Shown here: one piece after another, positions 37,532 to 46,037 of the stretch
Position numbering within the stretch: position 1 is the stretch's first letter
How the letters are laid out: the number at the start of each line of letters is the position of its first letter
Assembly: GCA_022360655.1 (NCBI GenBank)
Contig: JAKSCK010000116.1
Location: 20,162-84,161 of the forward strand
Length of the DNA stretch: 64,000 nucleotides
DNA from: Spirochaetales bacterium
Lineage (GTDB): Bacteria > Spirochaetota > Spirochaetia > DSM-2461
Direction: 5' to 3'
The notes under the pieces: model-generated
What the model was told of the DNA's origin: nothing
What the model saw: the letters and a program-made list of their open reading frames with translations, nothing else
Database searches by the model: none
Program-made: the position numbers and the translations under genes

Positions 37532-38356
37532 TCACCCTTTGACAGAAGAGGATGAAAGACCATCAATGAACTGCTTTTGAAAAATAATATAAATCAGCAC
37601 AACAGGAATAATGGAAATGGCTGTTGCCGCAAAAAGTCCGCCATAATCTGTGCTGTAACGCCCGTTGAACAATCGAAGCCCAACGGCAAGAACCTGTTTT
37701 CCCTCTGAATTCATCACCAAAAACGGCCAAAGATAATCTTCCCAAGACCAGAGAAACTGGAAAATCACAATGCTGGCAATCGCATTCCGTGACATGGGGA
37801 AAACAATTCGATGAAGCACATACCACTCAGAGGCACCATCAATCCGAGCCGCCTGAAGCATGGCATCTGGAAGAGATGTGAGGGATTGCTTCATCATGAA
37901 TATCCCAAAACCACTGACCGCAGCAGGAATCACCAAGGCTGAATACATATCAATCCAACCAATTTTCAGCATCAGGCTGTATTTGGGAATGATGGTCACA
38001 AACCACGGAATCATCATGGTCCCCAACACCAAGCCAAAGACCAGTTTTCGCCCTCGGAATCGACCTTTCTCTAAAACAAAGCCACCAAGAGTACTTGTGT
38101 AACCAACAAGTACCGTGATGAGAACAGTGACAAAAAGACTATTAGCAAAATACCGCATGAAATGAAACTGGGTTTGAACTTTTAAATAATTATCAAACGT
38201 GAAATTTTGGGGCCATAGCGTTGGATGTATGGCATTGATTTCTGCATTGGTTTTGAAGGATGAGAGAAGCATCCAAACAAAGGGGGCTATGGTCATCATC
38301 ACCATAAAAATCAAGCAAAGATGAATCAAAAAACTCACAAGCTTTTGCTTTTTCAT
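37532..38356 (-). CDS. Sugar ABC transporter permease (MalG-like)
   Basis: 274 aa, 6 TM, EAA loop (MLQAARIDGASEWYVL). Confidence 0.88.
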   Translation of the reverse strand: MKKQKLVSFLIHLCLIFMVMMTIAPFVWMLLSSFKTNAEINAIHPTLWPQNFTFDNYLKVQTQFHFMRYFANSLFVTVLITVLVGYTSTLGGFVLEKGRFRGRKLVFGLVLGTMMIPWFVTIIPKYSLMLKIGWIDMYSALVIPAAVSGFGIFMMKQSLTSLPDAMLQAARIDGASEWYVLHRIVFPMSRNAIASIVIFQFLWSWEDYLWPFLVMNSEGKQVLAVGLRLFNGRYSTDYGGLFAATAISIIPVVLIYIIFQKQFIDGLSSSSVKG

Positions 38357-39231
38357 GCGTTTTCTCCTCGTTGATTGACTCGAAAAGACAGCAATGTGAG
38401 AAGACCAATGAGAAGGAACATCGCAAAGGAGATGGCGGATGCATAGCCAAATTTATATTTCATAAAGGCCTCATCGTAGATGAGATAAGACGATAAATAT
38501 GTGGATGTTCCTGGCCCTCCATTGGTCATCACCAGAATTTGAATATAGGCCTGGAGATAGGCAATCAGGGATGTGATGAAAATGAACAGGCTCATAGGTT
38601 TCAATAAAGGCAGAGTGATTTTTTTAAATTGCACCCAGCTTGAAGCTCCATCCATTCTTGCCGCTTCATAACAGTCCTTGGGCAGTGTATACAAACCCGC
38701 TAAATACAAAACAACGGCATAGCCATAATCTTTCCAAGCCGTCATGGTCATCACAGCAGGAAGAGCCAATGATTTGCTGTAGAGCCAATTGATTTGAGTC
38801 CCCAAAATTTGATTCACCAAACCAAACTGAGGGTTATAAAGCCATAACCATACAAAGGATACCGCCACCAGAGGAGTCACGACTGGCATGTAAAATGCGG
38901 CTCGAAAAAAGTTTTTTGCCCGAGTCAAACCAGAAAATAAGGCCGACGCAATAACCAAGCCAAGAATCATCCTTGCAGCAATCACAACAAAGGAAAAAAC
39001 AAGTGTATTTCTTAAGCTGCTCCAAAATAATTCGTTGGTCAAAAGTCGTTGATAATGAGAAAAACCTGTAAAAGAGAATGTTCCTCTTAAAGGATTCCAA
39101 TCATGAAAACTTCCCACAAATGCAATGAGCATCGGAAGAACAAGGAACAAGGTGTAGTGCAGAATTAAGAGAAAAAGACAAACACCTGTCGGAGTAAAAA
39201 ATCGGCGTAATGGAAAGGACTTCTGTTTCAT
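38353..39231 (-). CDS. Sugar ABC transporter permease (MalF-like)
   Basis: 292 aa, 6 TM, EAA loop (CYEAARMDGASSWVQF). ATGA-type overlap with the downstream permease. Confidence 0.88.
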   Translation of the reverse strand: MKQKSFPLRRFFTPTGVCLFLLILHYTLFLVLPMLIAFVGSFHDWNPLRGTFSFTGFSHYQRLLTNELFWSSLRNTLVFSFVVIAARMILGLVIASALFSGLTRAKNFFRAAFYMPVVTPLVAVSFVWLWLYNPQFGLVNQILGTQINWLYSKSLALPAVMTMTAWKDYGYAVVLYLAGLYTLPKDCYEAARMDGASSWVQFKKITLPLLKPMSLFIFITSLIAYLQAYIQILVMTNGGPGTSTYLSSYLIYDEAFMKYKFGYASAISFAMFLLIGLLTLLSFRVNQRGENA

Positions 39232-39331
39232 CAGTTAACCAGAACTCAACGCTCTGGAATCTCCTTATCGCAATTTGGAATGAGGCAACTTCAACCAAAG
39301 GGTTCTATGAAGTGATCCGGAGATGAGAACG

Positions 39332-39364
39332 ATCCTCATTCCATGTTCATCATGGAATGAGGAT
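39332..39364 (-). repeat. 14-bp perfect stem-loop in the SBP-permease intercistronic region
   Basis: atcctcattccatg-ttcat-catggaatgaggat. Confidence 0.7.
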
Positions 39365-39444
39365 GGAAACCAAGAACGTTTCCGCCATGTTCTGGACCGA
39401 ACAAACCATGGATCATCCACATGGCTTGTTCAATCACAAACAAC

Positions 39445-39481
39445 TCAAAAACTCCCTTGCCGCATCATAAACAGCAAGGGA
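39445..39481 (-). terminator. Rho-independent terminator/attenuator just after the SBP gene
   Basis: tcccttgc (39453-39460) / gcaaggga (39474-39481) 8-bp stem, followed on the minus strand by GTTTTTGA. Starts 11 nt after the SBP stop. Confidence 0.6.
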
Positions 39482-39491
39482 AGCAAAAGAG

Positions 39492-40877
39492 TTATCGAGT
39501 TGTATTCATTTCTTTGGCATATTTGTACTGGCGTTCCGTTGTGACAAAATCCGAACCCTGCATGTCCTCAACAATCAAGGCATTCCCTTTTTCTAAAGTC
39601 TCTTCAACAGACATCTCATTGAAAACCACATCTTCAAAAATCTGTTGCATCTGCGTCTCAATCACTCCCGGGAAGGGACCTGGCCAAACAAGCCGCTCAA
39701 CATTGGGAGCCAACGCCTTCATCACAGGATGAGCCTTCACATCCTCGTCATTCACAAGGGTCTTTTTTGCTGGGAAAATCGAATAACGCAAACACAGCTC
39801 TTTCATGGCCTCATCATTGGACATGAAATAGCGCACAAAGGCCTGAGCCACTTCCTGAGACGCTTCATCTGCTGTTCCACTGATGCCTAAAGTGGATTCA
39901 CCGTTGTAGCGGTCATAAGCCACTGGCACATCGCGAGAAGGAGTGGGTACAGCAAAGACTCCAAATTGAACATCGGGATAGTTGCTGAGCATCTGGTTGT
40001 AATACCAACCCCATTTATACACCATGGCTGATTGACCTTGACCAAAGCTCTCTCCATCAGAGATGCCAAAGTCCTTAGAACCAACACCCTGTTCTTCATA
40101 CAAATCAATCAGGAATTGAAAGTTTTCTGCCGTGATGGAATTGTCCATGGCCAGGGTTTGAAGATCCTCGTCAAACATCATCTGACCTTTCTGGTAATTC
40201 AAACCAATGATCATCGATTTCACATCTTTGTTGTAATTGAATCCCGCTTGGATCAATCGGCCATCATCATCATAACGCGTGAGTTTTTGAGCAACAGAAG
40301 CAAACTCATCCCAAGTTTTGGGGATGTCACTGTCATTCAGGCCAGCAGCTGCCCACATGTCCTTGTTGTAGAAGATGCTTCCTGACATCATTCCGTAGTC
40401 AATGTAATACACCTGTCCATCAATCACGTGTCCTTCGACGCCGCTAAAGTCGGCCTTTAAATCTTCTAACGCAATATCATAGGGCTGAAGATAATTCACA
40501 AGATTCTCATGCTGAGAATTATGGATGCAGAACATGGCCGGACCAGTGCCATTCTGAAGAGCAAGGGGAAGTTTGGTCCAATAATCTTGCCAAGGTTGAC
40601 TCACCACCTTGATGCTCACATTGGGGTAAATTTCACTGAAGGAATCCGCAATGCCTCGGAAAATTTCTTCCGCATCCCAAACCCAAAATTCCACTTCAAT
40701 CGGTTCACCATTATTCATCAGGACATTGGGATCAAACTGGACATTGGCACCAAGAATCTCTAATCCCTTCTCAGCTGTGCTGTCATGTTTCAGATTTGTT
40801 TTTCCTGCATCTCCACCCCAGCATCCAGCAATCAAGAGTGCGGCTGCCAGCAGAACAGCTCCCATTGTTTTCTTCAT
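39492..40877 (-). CDS. CUT1 sugar ABC transporter substrate-binding lipoprotein
   Basis: Start reassigned to the ATG 40877 after GGAGG. Signal peptide with lipobox MKKTMGAVLLAAALLIAGC. 461 aa family-1 SBP. Confidence 0.88.
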   Translation of the reverse strand: MKKTMGAVLLAAALLIAGCWGGDAGKTNLKHDSTAEKGLEILGANVQFDPNVLMNNGEPIEVEFWVWDAEEIFRGIADSFSEIYPNVSIKVVSQPWQDYWTKLPLALQNGTGPAMFCIHNSQHENLVNYLQPYDIALEDLKADFSGVEGHVIDGQVYYIDYGMMSGSIFYNKDMWAAAGLNDSDIPKTWDEFASVAQKLTRYDDDGRLIQAGFNYNKDVKSMIIGLNYQKGQMMFDEDLQTLAMDNSITAENFQFLIDLYEEQGVGSKDFGISDGESFGQGQSAMVYKWGWYYNQMLSNYPDVQFGVFAVPTPSRDVPVAYDRYNGESTLGISGTADEASQEVAQAFVRYFMSNDEAMKELCLRYSIFPAKKTLVNDEDVKAHPVMKALAPNVERLVWPGPFPGVIETQMQQIFEDVVFNEMSVEETLEKGNALIVEDMQGSDFVTTERQYKYAKEMNTTR

Positions 40878-40900
40878 GATTTCCTCCAATTCTTCCGTCG

Positions 40901-40920
40901 TAGGTTTAACGTTAAACCTA
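40901..40920. promoter_or_regulatory. Perfect 20-bp palindrome, LacI-type operator O1
   Basis: taggtttaacgttaaaccta is identical to its reverse complement, with a central CG. Lies 24 nt upstream of the SBP start codon. Confidence 0.65.
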
Positions 40921-40954
40921 TGTTTCAAAAAAAATCGACAGACTTGTCGACGCA

Positions 40955-40974
40955 TAGGTTTAACGGTAAACTTC
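40955..40974. promoter_or_regulatory. Imperfect second copy of the operator, O2, overlapping a candidate lacI promoter
   Basis: taggtttaacggtaaacttc has 17 of 20 identical to O1; centres are 54 bp apart. Possible -35 ttgtcg (40945-40950) and -10 taaact (40968-40973) with a 17-nt spacer. Confidence 0.5.
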
Positions 40975-41037
40975 AAGTGTTTTACACCTGAGGAAACTGA
41001 ATTGTCAACAAAAAAAAAGCCCGGCACAGAACCCGCC

Positions 41038-42090
41038 ATGACCATCAAGGACATTGCTCGAATCTCTGGAGTCACTCCAACAACAGTCTCCAATGTGATC
41101 AACAAACGAACCAGTCGAGTCTCCTCTGTGACGGTTCAGAAAGTTCTCTCTGTCATTGAACAAACTGGTTACATCCCCAATCGAAATGCCCGGGCTCTTG
41201 CCAGCAAATCCACACGAATCATTGGTGTGATTTTCCCCAAGGTGGCCGAAGGCCTTCTCCAAGATCCCTTCCACTCTCAACTTCTCAGTGGAATTGAAGC
41301 CGAAATTCGCCGCTGTGATTACTACTTGATGATTCACTCCATCTCCTCTTATCGCGATTTATACAACCTGATGGGAAACTGGAATGTGGATGGCATCATT
41401 GTGCTGAGTCTCCTGGATAATGAATCCCTTTGCCCTCAACGCATGGAATCCATCCCAACCGTTTTTATTGATGCCTATGATGTCATTGGAACCTTTCCAA
41501 ACATTGGATCACAAGATTATGAAGGAGCAATGCTGGCCACCAATCACCTCATCCAACAAGGGCATTCGCGCATTGGATTCATTGGCTATGATTCGGTGAT
41601 CATCTCACGAGCTTCTGTCATTTCTCAACGCATCAAAGGCTTTACCCAAGCCCTAGAAGACGCCCACATACCCTATTCCCCAAACAAGGATATCTTCACC
41701 TGCGGGCATGTCAAAAAAGCGACAGGGGAGGAAAGAAGGTCTCTTTTATCGTTCATCAAACAGCATTCTGCGGTTTTTGTGAGTGCAGATATTCTGGCCG
41801 TTGAAATCATGAAAATCCTTCGAGAGGAAGGCATCAATATCCCCAACGATCTTTCCATCATTGGGTATGACAACCTTCCCGTCTCGGAGTTGGTGAGCCC
41901 AACCCTCTCCACCATTTCCCAAAATATCCCACAAAAAGGGGCATTGGCAGCGCAGCAGCTCATCATGCAGATTGAGGGAGAGACTCCAACCAGTCCAATC
42001 CCTCCCCTCTCCAATTCTCTTGTTCTACGGGAATCAGTGGCACAATTCCCTGGTGAAGAGCCTTCGCTTCATCATCCTCGACCTAAGTGA
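41038..42090 (+). CDS. LacI family transcriptional regulator
   Basis: Start reassigned to the ATG 41038 (MTIKDIARISGVTPTTVSNVINK...). 350 aa. The upstream part of the track ORF is antisense to the SBP gene. Confidence 0.9.
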   Translation: MTIKDIARISGVTPTTVSNVINKRTSRVSSVTVQKVLSVIEQTGYIPNRNARALASKSTRIIGVIFPKVAEGLLQDPFHSQLLSGIEAEIRRCDYYLMIHSISSYRDLYNLMGNWNVDGIIVLSLLDNESLCPQRMESIPTVFIDAYDVIGTFPNIGSQDYEGAMLATNHLIQQGHSRIGFIGYDSVIISRASVISQRIKGFTQALEDAHIPYSPNKDIFTCGHVKKATGEERRSLLSFIKQHSAVFVSADILAVEIMKILREEGINIPNDLSIIGYDNLPVSELVSPTLSTISQNIPQKGALAAQQLIMQIEGETPTSPIPPLSNSLVLRESVAQFPGEEPSLHHPRPK

Positions 42091-44633
42091 TAGAGAGTCC
42101 GAAGCTCAATTCCGTCTATCCATTCTTCCCCGTTTTCCATCGAGAGCTCCCTCTCCTCAGGGAGGAACTCCAGTTGTCTGCGACTCCCAGGAAGAAGATC
42201 AAAGCCATTGTCCTTAAATCGACCCCTCACCGGGGTGTTTAAGGTCACCGCAAAAGCAGGAGCCTGGCACTCCACTTCAACGGTCCATGGGGATGATCCA
42301 GGCCCCAGAGATATTTTTGGATCTTGGAATTCACAATCACGCGGCACGGTCAAAAACAAGGTGGATTGAATGGGCTCATGCCCCTCAGGTTCCCACTGTG
42401 CCAGAGCAAAAACATGGGTCAATTCCTCCGCCACGACATCATCCGCACTGGTACAAAAGAGCGGGGAAGTGAAGGTCTTTCGACCATCCTCCGAAGAGAG
42501 AGATTTCAATTCTTCAGAGAAAAAAGGTTGAGAACAGTTTGCAGGACAGCATGTGAGCCCCTTGTGATACACGCGTTTTTCTTGTCCATCAAAGCCAAGA
42601 ATTTTAACCGTGAGCTCTCCACGAACCTCATCCATCGTATCATTCAAACCATGAACATGAAGCTGTCCATCTTTCTTGTACACAGCCAATCCAACCGGTG
42701 CAAAGAACCGCTTTGCAGCATAATGAAGGAGCTTCCAAGTCCCGTCATATTCAATACTCGACCATGATGCCACTGGCCAAAGATCATTCAATTGCCAATA
42801 CAGAGCTCCCATGCTGATGGGACGTTGACTTCGCCAATACTCCACAGCAGTTCGTATGGCCCAGGCCTGCTGAACCTGACTCAGCCAAAGAAATTCATCA
42901 AAAGCTGTTGGCATATGAAAATACCGCGCCATTGTCGTCAAAATAATGGAATTTCCTGCTGGATTTTTCTGATGATGCCGCATCACCGTCGATGTTACAT
43001 TCCAATCCTTCTCTTGCGCAAAAGAAGCAATGGTGCGCATACCTGGAAAAGACTGAAAACCAAACTCACTGCAGAATCGGGGGGTGATGTCATAGTAAGA
43101 TTCAAAGGGCAATCCTCCATGCCACACACTCCAGTAGTGCATGTCACCTTTTGTGTCATCATGCCAGCAATCAGAGTAATCACCTTCTCCAGCCGATGGA
43201 GAGGAGGGCCACCAAGTGCGCTCAGGATCGAGCTCTCGCACAACCCGGCCAACAACACCCTCATTCAGTCGGTCATAGTCCACCAAGTATCGATCCCGAT
43301 TCGCCTTGGATTCGGGATACCATGTCAGTGCACCAAGATCCTCATTGTTTCCGCACCAAAGGGCAATGCAGGGATGGTGAGCAAGCCGTTTTATCTGATG
43401 CTCCACTTCAGCCTCAACTTCCGCCAAGAACTTGGGGTGAGCCGGATAAAGGGAGCAGGAAAACATCATGTCGTGCCAAACCAATAATCCCAATTCATCA
43501 CAGAGATCATAAAAAATATCTCGCTCAAACTGGCCACCGCCCCAGAGTCGGATCATATTCATATTGGCTTCAACCGCATCTTGGAGCAAACGTTCATACA
43601 CCTCTGGAGTTTGCTTTGCTGGCATGGCATCCACAGGAATCCAGTTGGCTCCCTTGGCAAAAATATCTCGTCCATTCACCCGGAAGAACATGCTTCTTCC
43701 AACATCATCGTCTTCCACCACCACATCCACGGTACGGTAGCCAAAACGGCGAGTATGGCTCTCTTGCTCTACCTCAACCTCTGCAGTGGAGAGAGGCTGG
43801 CCTCCATGGCCAGCAGGCCACCACAATTCAGGAGAAGAAACCTGAAAACAGCATTCCACCTGGTTCTGCCCAGGTTGGACAGAAAAACGAATCATTTTCT
43901 TTTGCTCATCTAAAGTAAACAAAAACTCAAGTTCTTTTTCCTGATAAGCGGTGTATTCACATTGCAGCACAACTTCCCAGTGTTTCCCATGAGATTGGGG
44001 CCTCACCCGAAGATAATCCACCTGGCCACTGCCCCCAAATGAAAGCGTAGGGGCTTCATACATCCCACCTGTTAAAAGCGTTGGACCCCAGTCCCACCCC
44101 CCATGACAGGCCACTTTACGAATGAGATTTCGATGATCCCAATCCCAGGGAAGCCATTTGGAGTGGGGGATGGGATAGGGCAATTGAGCGGCTTCTTGGG
44201 CCGCAGCCTGAACAGGTGAATGAATGATGACTTCCAATTGATTCATCCCCACCATCAGCGCGGATTCAACAGAAAAACGATGCCGACGAAACATGTTTTG
44301 GCATGTCCCAAGAGAGATTCCATTAAGAATGATCTCAGCCACAGTATCAAGAAACTCAAACGTAATGGTTGCCGGATTTCCAGACATCCATTGGGATTCT
44401 CGAATCTCAAATTCCGTTTTAAGACTCCAATCCGTGTGCCCCACCCAAACCCAATCCAGCTCATGCCGGTCTTTGTAAGGATGGGGAAGACACCCCGCAG
44501 CCAAAAGATCAGAAGCAATATCCCCCGGTACCGAGGCCTGAAGGCTGGAAGGAAGATGACGGGACTCCTCAGGCATTGAGGGGGATTCCACCGCATGGAG
44601 AGTCCAATGTGAATCAAGTCGTAAGGTTTGCAT
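42072..44633 (-). CDS. Glycoside hydrolase family 2, beta-mannosidase-like (exo-beta-glucosaminidase not excluded)
   Basis: 853 aa. GH2 clan-A motifs WCGNNE (acid/base region) and FCSEFGFQSFP (nucleophile region), HYWSVWHG. No signal peptide. Its 3' end overlaps the LacI 3' end by 19 nt. Confidence 0.82.
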   Translation of the reverse strand: MQTLRLDSHWTLHAVESPSMPEESRHLPSSLQASVPGDIASDLLAAGCLPHPYKDRHELDWVWVGHTDWSLKTEFEIRESQWMSGNPATITFEFLDTVAEIILNGISLGTCQNMFRRHRFSVESALMVGMNQLEVIIHSPVQAAAQEAAQLPYPIPHSKWLPWDWDHRNLIRKVACHGGWDWGPTLLTGGMYEAPTLSFGGSGQVDYLRVRPQSHGKHWEVVLQCEYTAYQEKELEFLFTLDEQKKMIRFSVQPGQNQVECCFQVSSPELWWPAGHGGQPLSTAEVEVEQESHTRRFGYRTVDVVVEDDDVGRSMFFRVNGRDIFAKGANWIPVDAMPAKQTPEVYERLLQDAVEANMNMIRLWGGGQFERDIFYDLCDELGLLVWHDMMFSCSLYPAHPKFLAEVEAEVEHQIKRLAHHPCIALWCGNNEDLGALTWYPESKANRDRYLVDYDRLNEGVVGRVVRELDPERTWWPSSPSAGEGDYSDCWHDDTKGDMHYWSVWHGGLPFESYYDITPRFCSEFGFQSFPGMRTIASFAQEKDWNVTSTVMRHHQKNPAGNSIILTTMARYFHMPTAFDEFLWLSQVQQAWAIRTAVEYWRSQRPISMGALYWQLNDLWPVASWSSIEYDGTWKLLHYAAKRFFAPVGLAVYKKDGQLHVHGLNDTMDEVRGELTVKILGFDGQEKRVYHKGLTCCPANCSQPFFSEELKSLSSEDGRKTFTSPLFCTSADDVVAEELTHVFALAQWEPEGHEPIQSTLFLTVPRDCEFQDPKISLGPGSSPWTVEVECQAPAFAVTLNTPVRGRFKDNGFDLLPGSRRQLEFLPEERELSMENGEEWIDGIELRTLYHLGRG

Positions 44634-44818
44634 TTTTCATCCTCGTATTCTTTCCATCTTCATTTTTCATTTCACCTTCAGAAGACGGGTTAGTTCTTTT
44701 TTCAAACCAAAATAATCTATATGAGCCATATATAAAAGAATAAAAAGTATTTAGTTGACATAATAAACCAACCCCAATTACTCTGTCGACAACAAACATC
44801 ATGAGATTCTAGAGGGCT

Positions 44819-46009
44819 ATGGCACAGATACGAAAACCACGAATGATTAACACCTCCCGCATTCTTCGAGGGCTTTGGCTCTCCAGGCGAGTGAGTCGTA
44901 TCGGCCTTTCTCGGGATTTAGGACTCAACAAATCCACCATCACCAACATTGTGAATGAGCTGATTGAAGGAGGACTTGTGCGAGAAGCCTCCGCCGGTGT
45001 AGCCGGACCTCAAGGAGGAAGAAAGCCCGTTCATATCGAATTGAATCCACAGTATGGATATGTTCTTGGTTTAGAGATTCGACCTGAATCCTACACGGCC
45101 GTTGCCGTTGATCTTGCTGGAGATATTCTTTTTTCTCGCACAGAACGGCTTGATAGCCATCTTGAGAATTTTCAAAACAATGCCGTGGAGCTACTTCATA
45201 AAATTCCTCAAGAACTTCAATGGCTCAGCATTCCCATACTTGGAGCTGGCATTGGGATTTCGGGCATTGTGGATACCAAACAGGGAACCATCCTAGGTTC
45301 CATTCCCTTGGGCATCACAAAGATGCTGCCCTTCACACAAGCCATCACATCGCAATTCGATTTTCCCATTTTCATTGAAAATGACGCCAACTGCTGTGCT
45401 TGGGGAGAATTGGCTTTTCACCGTACCCAAAAACTCAAAAACTTCATCTTCACCCTTGTCGAATTCCACGATAATGAACGCAAATACTTTTATGAAAATA
45501 CATCCGTTGGTTTTGGAATGGTTTTTAACGGAAATGTGTACAAGGGAAATCGCTTCTCAGCGGGAGAATTTCACAGTGTCTTCTGTCACCCAGAGGACAA
45601 AGGACAGTTCCGCATCTCCAATGCTCGGGAACGAATAGAAGAAGTTCCCGAACACCTTGAAGCACTGGTTGAGGAGCTTTGCAAGCATCTGGCGCTCTTT
45701 GTGAATACGTTCAACCTGGGGCAAATATTCCTTGGGGGCGACATTGAACGTCACCAAAACTTGGTCACCCCCATCCTCCTCAAGGCCATAGAACAGAACT
45801 GGGCCTATGACAGCCCTGTGGAATGTGAAATTCGCTTTTCCACCCTTGGTAATAAATCTGTGGCCTATGGAGCCGCAGGAATGGTTTTAGAACAACTCTT
45901 TGCCGATCCAGATTCCGCTACCGCTGCAGGCATCCACGCGATGGGTCAGCGCGGAACTTTACTTGGTTTCATTGATTCAGAAAAAAAGGGCTCAAAAGAG
46001 CTCTCATAA
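44819..46009 (+). CDS. ROK family transcriptional regulator (NagC/XylR-like)
   Basis: 396 aa. N-terminal wHTH (ISRIGLSRDLGLNKSTITNIVNELIEGGLV) plus a ROK sugar-kinase-like fold (ENDANCCAWGE). Confidence 0.88.
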   Translation: MAQIRKPRMINTSRILRGLWLSRRVSRIGLSRDLGLNKSTITNIVNELIEGGLVREASAGVAGPQGGRKPVHIELNPQYGYVLGLEIRPESYTAVAVDLAGDILFSRTERLDSHLENFQNNAVELLHKIPQELQWLSIPILGAGIGISGIVDTKQGTILGSIPLGITKMLPFTQAITSQFDFPIFIENDANCCAWGELAFHRTQKLKNFIFTLVEFHDNERKYFYENTSVGFGMVFNGNVYKGNRFSAGEFHSVFCHPEDKGQFRISNARERIEEVPEHLEALVEELCKHLALFVNTFNLGQIFLGGDIERHQNLVTPILLKAIEQNWAYDSPVECEIRFSTLGNKSVAYGAAGMVLEQLFADPDSATAAGIHAMGQRGTLLGFIDSEKKGSKELS

Positions 46010-46037
46010 TATCTCCCTAAGGGGAATGGAGGAAACA

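Noticed and set aside
40651-41105. Long N-terminal extensions of both the LacI ORF (from 40651) and the SBP ORF (to 41105) in the ORF track.
   Set aside because: The extensions run through each other's gene and through the operator region. The true starts are defined by the HTH at 41038 and by the lipoprotein signal peptide with GGAGG at 40877.
42792-43918. Two plus-strand ORFs (231 and 255 aa) inside the GH2 gene.
   Set aside because: Antisense shadow ORFs, mutually overlapping and Pro/Arg/His/Ser-rich.
44700-44800. ROK operator in the GH2/ROK divergent region (tatatg-agc-catata, and gttgac...accaac).
   Set aside because: The palindromes are short, AT-rich and imperfect, not distinguishable from chance in an AT-rich promoter region.
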